Shown here in pieces: positions 1 to 4,318 of a stretch of 6,500 nt of DNA. Within the stretch, counting starts at the first letter, position 1; each line of letters opens with the position of its first letter. The notes under the pieces are model-generated. The model was not told where the DNA came from, did no database searches, and saw nothing but the letters and a program-made list of their open reading frames with translations. This stretch comes from a virus: UHGV virus genome UHGV-0235625. One strand, 5' to 3'. A program made the position numbers and the translations under genes.

Positions 1-58
1 ACGTAGACCGGTTAACACGATCTATATACTGATCTTTCTTTCTAAAAATATTAGCCAT
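1..58 (-). CDS. VP1: Major capsid protein VP1, first 19 codons (MANIFRKKDQYIDRVNRST); reading continues in frame across the window boundary into 6500..4315 if the molecule is circular
   Basis: The only ATG in this frame is at complement(56..58), with an in-frame stop upstream at 80..82. Translating 58->2, then pos1+6500+6499 (TTT), then 6498..6496 (GAT), joins exactly onto the frame of the 726-aa ORF. The join gives ...VNRSTFDLSFVNNLTMKFGAITPV..., matching the conserved Microviridae VP1 N-terminal RSxFD(L/R)S...KTTF motif. Confidence 0.75.
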   Translation of the reverse strand, partial: MANIFRKKDQYIDRVNRST

Positions 59-60
59 AA

Positions 61-261
61 TCAAAAATTTAAATTGATATCAGGAGTTTTTAACGTATCC
101 ACACGGGCACTGGTAGATTGCTCCGTAGATTGAGAAGATCCTTGATTCTTCCAGAACAAGGACATAGAGGCAGTACAACTATCCAAAAGGAGAGTAGCGG
201 CTACTCCTAAAATAAAAGTAGTCGCTAATTCAATGATCTTATAAAGCTTTTGCTTAGTCAT
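61..261 (-). CDS. Small predicted membrane-anchored protein (66 aa; MTKQK + ~20-residue hydrophobic helix LYKIIELATTFILGVAATLLL + DSC, then a polar S/T/Q-rich tail); candidate lysis (amurin-like) or signal-anchored/lipoprotein-like protein
   Basis: ATG at complement(259..261) and stop at 61..63, two nt upstream of the VP1 ATG. Its ATG overlaps the stop of the upstream ORF (ATGACTAAG). Codon usage (ACT, TCT, GCT, CCT, CGT, GAT) matches the large genes. The track ORF 61..273 is the same frame extended to an upstream TTG. Confidence 0.5.
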   Translation of the reverse strand: MTKQKLYKIIELATTFILGVAATLLLDSCTASMSLFWKNQGSSQSTEQSTSARVDTLKTPDINLNF

Positions 262-478
262 CTTCAGGCTCAATTAGATATTGTTCAAACAGACCATCAG
301 GGAGTTGACGATCAGTAACAATCAACTGCATAGCAGCAGAGAGAGGAATGTGTTCACGCACAATAACAAGAGTAGGCATCTCTTCCTCATGGGAAAGGAA
401 TTTACGAGTAGTGAACGTAACACGAGGTTCATTTTCTTGCGTTGCAGTCTTGCAACAATCAACATTTAACTTTACCAT
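254..478 (-). CDS. Hypothetical acidic protein, 74 aa (MVKLNVDCCKTATQENEPRVTF...EQYLIEPEDD)
   Basis: ATG at complement(476..478). Strong T-ending codon bias identical to Rep/VP1 (CGT x5, CCT x4, GTT, ACT, GCT). The stop overlaps the next gene's start. The track ORF 254..505 extends upstream of this ATG into an AT-rich stretch. Confidence 0.55.
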   Translation of the reverse strand: MVKLNVDCCKTATQENEPRVTFTTRKFLSHEEEMPTLVIVREHIPLSAAMQLIVTDRQLPDGLFEQYLIEPEDD

Positions 479-492
479 AATGTAAAAAAATT

Positions 493-672
493 TTAAGTGA
501 AACAAAAATTGTTAGATAAAATAATAATATAGTCATCAGCCATAAGGCCAGGTAACTCGAAATTACAAAACATCAAATAATCATCAAGTGTATTAAATGT
601 ACGATACACAATCTGATCTTTTTCACAGTTCAAAAGAACTTTCGGATATATTTTAGCATATATATACGGCAT
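493..672 (-). CDS. Hypothetical small protein, ~59 aa (MPYIYAKIYPKVLLNCEKDQ...); alternative GTG start at 678 overlapping the Rep stop (GTGA)
   Basis: The ORF directly follows the Rep stop (675..677) with 2 nt spacing. Codon bias is moderately consistent. Its 3' end runs into a very AT-rich tract (479..545), so this may instead be non-coding or promoter sequence. Confidence 0.35.
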   Translation of the reverse strand: MPYIYAKIYPKVLLNCEKDQIVYRTFNTLDDYLMFCNFELPGLMADDYIIILSNNFCFT

Positions 673-674
673 AA

Positions 675-2069
675 TCACAAAGTCTCTTTATAAATTGAAA
701 GAATATTCTCGTTGTCAGTCTTATACTTGAGATAATTTATATCTAACTCGGGTTGAGTAGACATATATTGAAGCATAAATTCCAAATTAGAAGATTTAGC
801 AGCAATCATTTTCCGGTAATAATCCAAATCAAACTCGTAAGCATTCAAAAAGGTAAGAATAGGATTCAAAATATTCTCAATAACAAGTAAGCTATCCTCT
901 TTATAAGTAAGGAAAAACGACTTAGCATTCTTGTAAATAAAAGAAGGGAACCTTTTCACACACGTATCAAAATCGTAAAACGGGAGTTTTTCAGAGAGAT
1001 CTTTACGCACAACATTAACAGAATCATCTATCAAATCAAACTGAATTTGCCACAAACAAGCACGGATAGATAAATAATAATCAGCCAACTGTATAGTATC
1101 ACGAACCTCTTTAGGAACAAGAGCAGACGGACACGGAAACAGTTTCCGGCGGAAATAAGCAGGAATAAACGAAGTAAAACGCTCACCTGTAAACTTATCA
1201 ACGATTTCAATAGTCAAAACATCAGGGTTCTGATAAAACCACATGGAATGATCCATACACCAACGATAACCGAGACCACCATTACGACGAGACGACAAAA
1301 AGAAGACAGGTTTACAGCCTGAAGGAACTTCACTCTCTTTACGCATATACTTCATGCAATACTGAATACCACCTTGAGTGCAAGGTTTACAATAAACAAA
1401 GCCTATTTCACCTAAATAATTCCAATCATAGCGATGAGTAGATTTATTATAATATCGTTCTCGAATAGACCAAGCCTTAAGCACAACCTTATAAACATCC
1501 ATAGCAGACATATTAATAGGCATGTTCCACAAAATAAGATGATAATGAGGCAGTTTCGTATGACTACCATATTCAGAGGCGGCAAAATAGCGAATCTTTT
1601 CAGAATAATCATGATCTCGAACAAGAATTTGACGCAAACGCTTAAGAAAATCTTGAACATCTTTTTTAGAAACACCATCAGATGGACGATTAATAGGATT
1701 GTAAGTCAACGTAATAAAATAGGGAACACTACGAGAATACTGTGTCTCAGCAACAGCACGAAACATCCAGGAGCGGGCATTACGTTTTTTACAAAGGGAA
1801 CATTTTCGGCAAGGAGTAGCTAAAAACATAGGAACAGCATCACCATCAGCATCAATAGCATAATTAGAATCCTGCCACGCTACGGAGAAATCGGTTCCTT
1901 TCGGAGAGAACAGAACATAAGGGAACTCATACTTCCAGGCAGCACGTTGCATAGGGGGAACAAAATGTTCATCACCATTCTGTACATAACGACCAGTAGA
2001 GAGAACGGCAGTCCGAAAGGCAGGATTAAAGATATATGACGGGTGTTCACAAAGAATATTAGTATTCAT
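675..2069 (-). CDS. VP4: Rolling-circle replication initiation protein (HUH endonuclease, Microviridae VP4 / phiX174 gpA-like), 464 aa
   Basis: ATG at complement(2067..2069). RCR motif 1 FITLTY, motif 2 (HUH) LPHYHLILW, and motif 3 with two tyrosines, YCMKYMRK. Motif 3 has the same Y-x-x-K-Y-x-x-K spacing as phiX174 A protein YVAKYVNK. There is an N-terminal Cys cluster, PCRKCSLCKK. No Walker A motif is present, so this is not a helicase fusion. Confidence 0.9.
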   Translation of the reverse strand: MNTNILCEHPSYIFNPAFRTAVLSTGRYVQNGDEHFVPPMQRAAWKYEFPYVLFSPKGTDFSVAWQDSNYAIDADGDAVPMFLATPCRKCSLCKKRNARSWMFRAVAETQYSRSVPYFITLTYNPINRPSDGVSKKDVQDFLKRLRQILVRDHDYSEKIRYFAASEYGSHTKLPHYHLILWNMPINMSAMDVYKVVLKAWSIRERYYNKSTHRYDWNYLGEIGFVYCKPCTQGGIQYCMKYMRKESEVPSGCKPVFFLSSRRNGGLGYRWCMDHSMWFYQNPDVLTIEIVDKFTGERFTSFIPAYFRRKLFPCPSALVPKEVRDTIQLADYYLSIRACLWQIQFDLIDDSVNVVRKDLSEKLPFYDFDTCVKRFPSFIYKNAKSFFLTYKEDSLLVIENILNPILTFLNAYEFDLDYYRKMIAAKSSNLEFMLQYMSTQPELDINYLKYKTDNENILSIYKETL

Positions 2070-2104
2070 AATGTTTATATTTTTAAGTTGTTTTTTATTG
2101 TTTA

Positions 2105-2288
2105 CGCCTCGCCGGCGGGGCGTCTGCCGACGGCTGGTGTATATGGGCGGTCGGTTCTAACCGACCTCACCGAGCGCTCGCTTAAGGCGAGAATCGCTCT
2201 CCAACGGAATACTCGTTAGCTCGCTTCGCTCGTTTGTCCGGCAAGCCGGGCGTATATAGGGGGCAAACACGCCCCCTATTACCCCGTG
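2105..2288. other. GC-rich multi-hairpin intergenic element between the VP2-side genes and the Rep start. Candidate complementary-strand origin / primosome (ssi) recognition structure, or packaging or regulatory structure.
   Basis: There is an abrupt switch from an AT-rich genome to a ~180-nt block with roughly 60-65% GC by eye. Stems readable directly in the sequence: ggtcggtt(2149-2156)/aaccgacc(2159-2166); gagcg-ctcgc(2172-2181)/gcgag..cgctc(2187-2199); ccggc(2238-2242)/gccgg(2245-2249); atagggggc(2256-2264)/gccccctat(2271-2279) with loop aaacac; and the palindrome cgccggcg (2110-2117). There is no ORF on either strand. Confidence 0.5.
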
Positions 2289-2352
2289 TTAGTACTGAAG
2301 AATCAGAACGGATATTCATCACCTAATTCGGAATCAGGAATGAAAGGATAAG

Positions 2353-2440
2353 AGCAAAAAGAAAAAAGGACCGAATTAGCAAGTTTGGGAAACTTGCAAA
2401 GCTGTGGCGAGCTTGAAGCTCGTGCAATATGCACAGTGCG
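2353..2440 (-). terminator. Candidate transcription terminator or regulatory hairpin cluster for minus-strand transcripts
   Basis: Hairpins gcaagttt(2379-2386)/aaacttgc(2390-2397), cgagc(2408-2412)/gctcg(2418-2422) and gtgc(2422-2425)/gcac(2431-2434). On the minus strand these are followed by a U-rich tract, the complement of aaaaagaaaaaa at 2356-2367. The ~11-nt spacer between stem and U-tract is longer than in a classic intrinsic terminator. Confidence 0.25.
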
Positions 2441-2538
2441 ACGTTTTAAGATAATCATAACAAGTTAATTCAAGAATTAAACATTCAGATCTATTCACAC
2501 AAGTTGAGCAATGTGTCAATTGTGCTATATAGATCAAG

Positions 2539-2805
2539 TTAGTCAATGCTGGCTGCTTGCGCCCAGTCCATATAGTCGTAACTACATAAGAGATTACGAC
2601 GCAAACGACGTTCACGAAAAACACCGTAAAATACATAACAACGCTCCGGAAAATCTTTATAAAGCCTGTCAAGAACCCACAGACAAAATTTATGGAAAGA
2701 ATTTCCAGAGAGAAGTACTAATAAGCAACTTTGAGGAACGTTAACCACTTCAACAAATTCCTCACAACCTTTGTCAATGTTAAAAAACTGTAAAATAAGT
2801 GTCAT
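2539..2805 (-). CDS. Hypothetical Arg/Cys-rich small protein, 88 aa (…GVFRERRLRRNLLC…); possible DNA-binding (J/VP5-like) protein
   Basis: ATG at complement(2803..2805), 80 nt downstream of the VP2 stop on the same strand. Codon usage matches the genome (six CGT Arg codons, GGT, GTT, CTT). It overlaps an alternative-frame 98-aa ORF and a plus-strand 77-aa ORF, both judged spurious. Confidence 0.45.
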   Translation of the reverse strand: MTLILQFFNIDKGCEEFVEVVNVPQSCLLVLLSGNSFHKFCLWVLDRLYKDFPERCYVFYGVFRERRLRRNLLCSYDYMDWAQAASID

Positions 2806-2885
2806 ATTCTTAATGCTTTAATGGGTTTTTAATTACACTGCAAACATGACACTTATTCAGATAAAAACCAAAAGAACCGTGTTAA

Positions 2886-4001
2886 TTAATCATAATAATC
2901 ATAATCTTCGAATGTAGTCTTACCATCCTTAGAACGAGTAGTCATCTTAGAATGAATCTTACCAGACTTAGGAGTAGCAGGATTAGCAAACGGAACAAAA
3001 CCAGACAGAGTTCGAAGAACTTCATTAATATGATTCATAGTACGATCAAGATCATCCCAATTCATATCCTGAGACAAGTCAAACAATATACGAGATTGCT
3101 CAGCATTCGCCTTGAGACCAAGATCAGTGAAATAAGAAGCCATAGCCTGGTTTCTCTTTTCCTCAGATTTCATAAGAGGCAGCTTAGCCATCAATTCTAT
3201 GGTAGCATTCTTTAATTGTTCCTGAGAAACCTTTAACTGTCCTTGAAGAACTTTCAACTTTCCATGCTCAATAAACGAATCGAGAGCAACACGAACATGA
3301 CGCTCCCAAACACGATCATCAACATCAGCAGCTTGTGAAATAAGCAGATCTATCTCAGAATCAATCTTAGAAATATTAGCATCAATTTGCCGAACCATAG
3401 CACGAGCTTGAGAAGACTGTGAATCATTCAACTGAATCTTACTATCATTAACCAAAATAGAAGAATGAATAGTATCAAGCTGGCCTTGATTAAACGCATC
3501 ACGAAACGAAGCATCAGACTTTAGAATATCGTTATTATATTGCTGGCCTGTCGTTTCTGCAGTAGTCTTAGAAACCTGTGCAGACAAAGCAGTATCAGCA
3601 AGAGCCTGCGAAGCAACAGAACCAAGAGGTTTATAACGATTCCAGGCCGAAGTATCAGCAACAGGACCAGATGGAGTCATACCACCTTGTGCAGTTACTG
3701 ATTGACCTAAAGACTGACCGTTCGTATACATCAAATCAGGATTCATTCCGGCAGCTTTCAAACGAGCAATATTAGCAGAAGGAGTGTTATAGGCATTATT
3801 AGCTTCCCATAATTTATAATTCCAATCATTTTGCGCTTCACGCTCGGAAGTCTGCCAACGGCGGGCCTTCTCAGCTTCTTCTCGCGCTGCTGCGAGCTGT
3901 TTTTTGACAGTTTTATTCTGAGAAATAGCACCAAATAAATTAGAGATACCGGAGAGTGCTCCACCTATGAGAGCACTACCGGCACCTGAAAAAAAACCCA
4001 T
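2886..4001 (-). CDS. VP2: Minor capsid / DNA pilot protein VP2 (Microviridae), 371 aa
   Basis: ATG at complement(3999..4001), overlapping the upstream stop (TAATG). It has a Gly/Ala-rich N-terminus, MGFFSGAGSALIGGALSGISNLFGAI, and the Microviridae VP2 signature NTPSANIARLKAAGMNPDLMY. The central region is coiled-coil-like and Q/S-rich. Confidence 0.85.
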   Translation of the reverse strand: MGFFSGAGSALIGGALSGISNLFGAISQNKTVKKQLAAAREEAEKARRWQTSEREAQNDWNYKLWEANNAYNTPSANIARLKAAGMNPDLMYTNGQSLGQSVTAQGGMTPSGPVADTSAWNRYKPLGSVASQALADTALSAQVSKTTAETTGQQYNNDILKSDASFRDAFNQGQLDTIHSSILVNDSKIQLNDSQSSQARAMVRQIDANISKIDSEIDLLISQAADVDDRVWERHVRVALDSFIEHGKLKVLQGQLKVSQEQLKNATIELMAKLPLMKSEEKRNQAMASYFTDLGLKANAEQSRILFDLSQDMNWDDLDRTMNHINEVLRTLSGFVPFANPATPKSGKIHSKMTTRSKDGKTTFEDYDYYD

Positions 4002-4318
4002 TATTCAAGCTGCTTGCGCTTTTCGTTGTAAGCAGCTACAATCTTAGCGCGAGCATCACGTTGAGCATTCCAAATATCAGCAATATCCTGACCTCTACGA
4101 TATTCAACAGGAACAATCCAACTCTCTTCATCAGTAAAATCACTAGTAGGAAGATGAGAGATGTTCTGAGTAGAAATAGGGATACCAGCTTTAGCGGCTT
4201 CATACATTTGAGCCGGAGTGTAAGATAAATCTCCACGAACGGGAAGTTCACCAGCTTTGCGGGTACACGTACATGTACGGTAATTCCACGCATGAATTAC
4301 AACTTGTTTCATAATCAT
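4001..4318 (-). CDS. Hypothetical protein, 105 aa, translationally coupled between VP1 and VP2 (possibly scaffolding or minor structural; unassigned)
   Basis: Its ATG at complement(4316..4318) overlaps the VP1 stop (ATGA). Its stop overlaps the VP2 ATG. Codon bias is typical of the genome (GCT x9, CGT, CCT, GGT). Confidence 0.6.
   Translation of the reverse strand: MIMKQVVIHAWNYRTCTCTRKAGELPVRGDLSYTPAQMYEAAKAGIPISTQNISHLPTSDFTDEESWIVPVEYRRGQDIADIWNAQRDARAKIVAAYNEKRKQLE

Noticed and set aside
281-469. Plus-strand ORFs in the track (281..469, 1434..1823, 2511..2744, 2952..3215, 3578..3775, 4324..4725)
   Set aside because: All lie antisense to well-supported minus-strand genes. Microviridae encode everything on one strand. 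Their compositions, rich in N, K, I, R and S, look like reverse-complement artefacts of the T-ending codon bias.
2070-2104. Bacteroidetes-type promoter (TTTG -33 / TAnnTTTG -7) immediately upstream of Rep
   Set aside because: No TAnnTTTG match in the 35 nt between the GC block and the Rep ATG. Near matches further upstream (ctttttgctcttatcctttc, around 2340-2370 on the minus strand) are imperfect, so no promoter is called.
2105-2288. tRNA or tRNA-like gene in the GC-rich block (ggtcggTTCTAAccgacc resembles a T-arm)
   Set aside because: The loop is 6 nt rather than 7. No acceptor-stem partner is found about 70 nt upstream. No anticodon arm could be built on either strand. It is more parsimonious as ssDNA or RNA hairpins.
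2376-2672. 98-aa minus-strand ORF (hydrophobic N-terminus) overlapping the 88-aa ORF in another frame
   Set aside because: It is out of frame with the codon-bias-supported 88-aa ORF. Its hydrophobicity is the typical frameshift artefact of a T-rich genome. It would also run through the hairpin cluster at 2379-2434.
3984-4001. T8 homopolymer (plus-strand a8 at 3989-3996) in codons 3-5 of VP2 (ATG GGT TTT TTT TCA) as a slippage or phase-variation site
   Set aside because: It encodes a plausible G-F-F-S start consistent with the Gly/Phe-rich VP2 N-terminus. There is no alternative-frame ORF that a frameshift would access, and homopolymers are common in this AT-rich genome.
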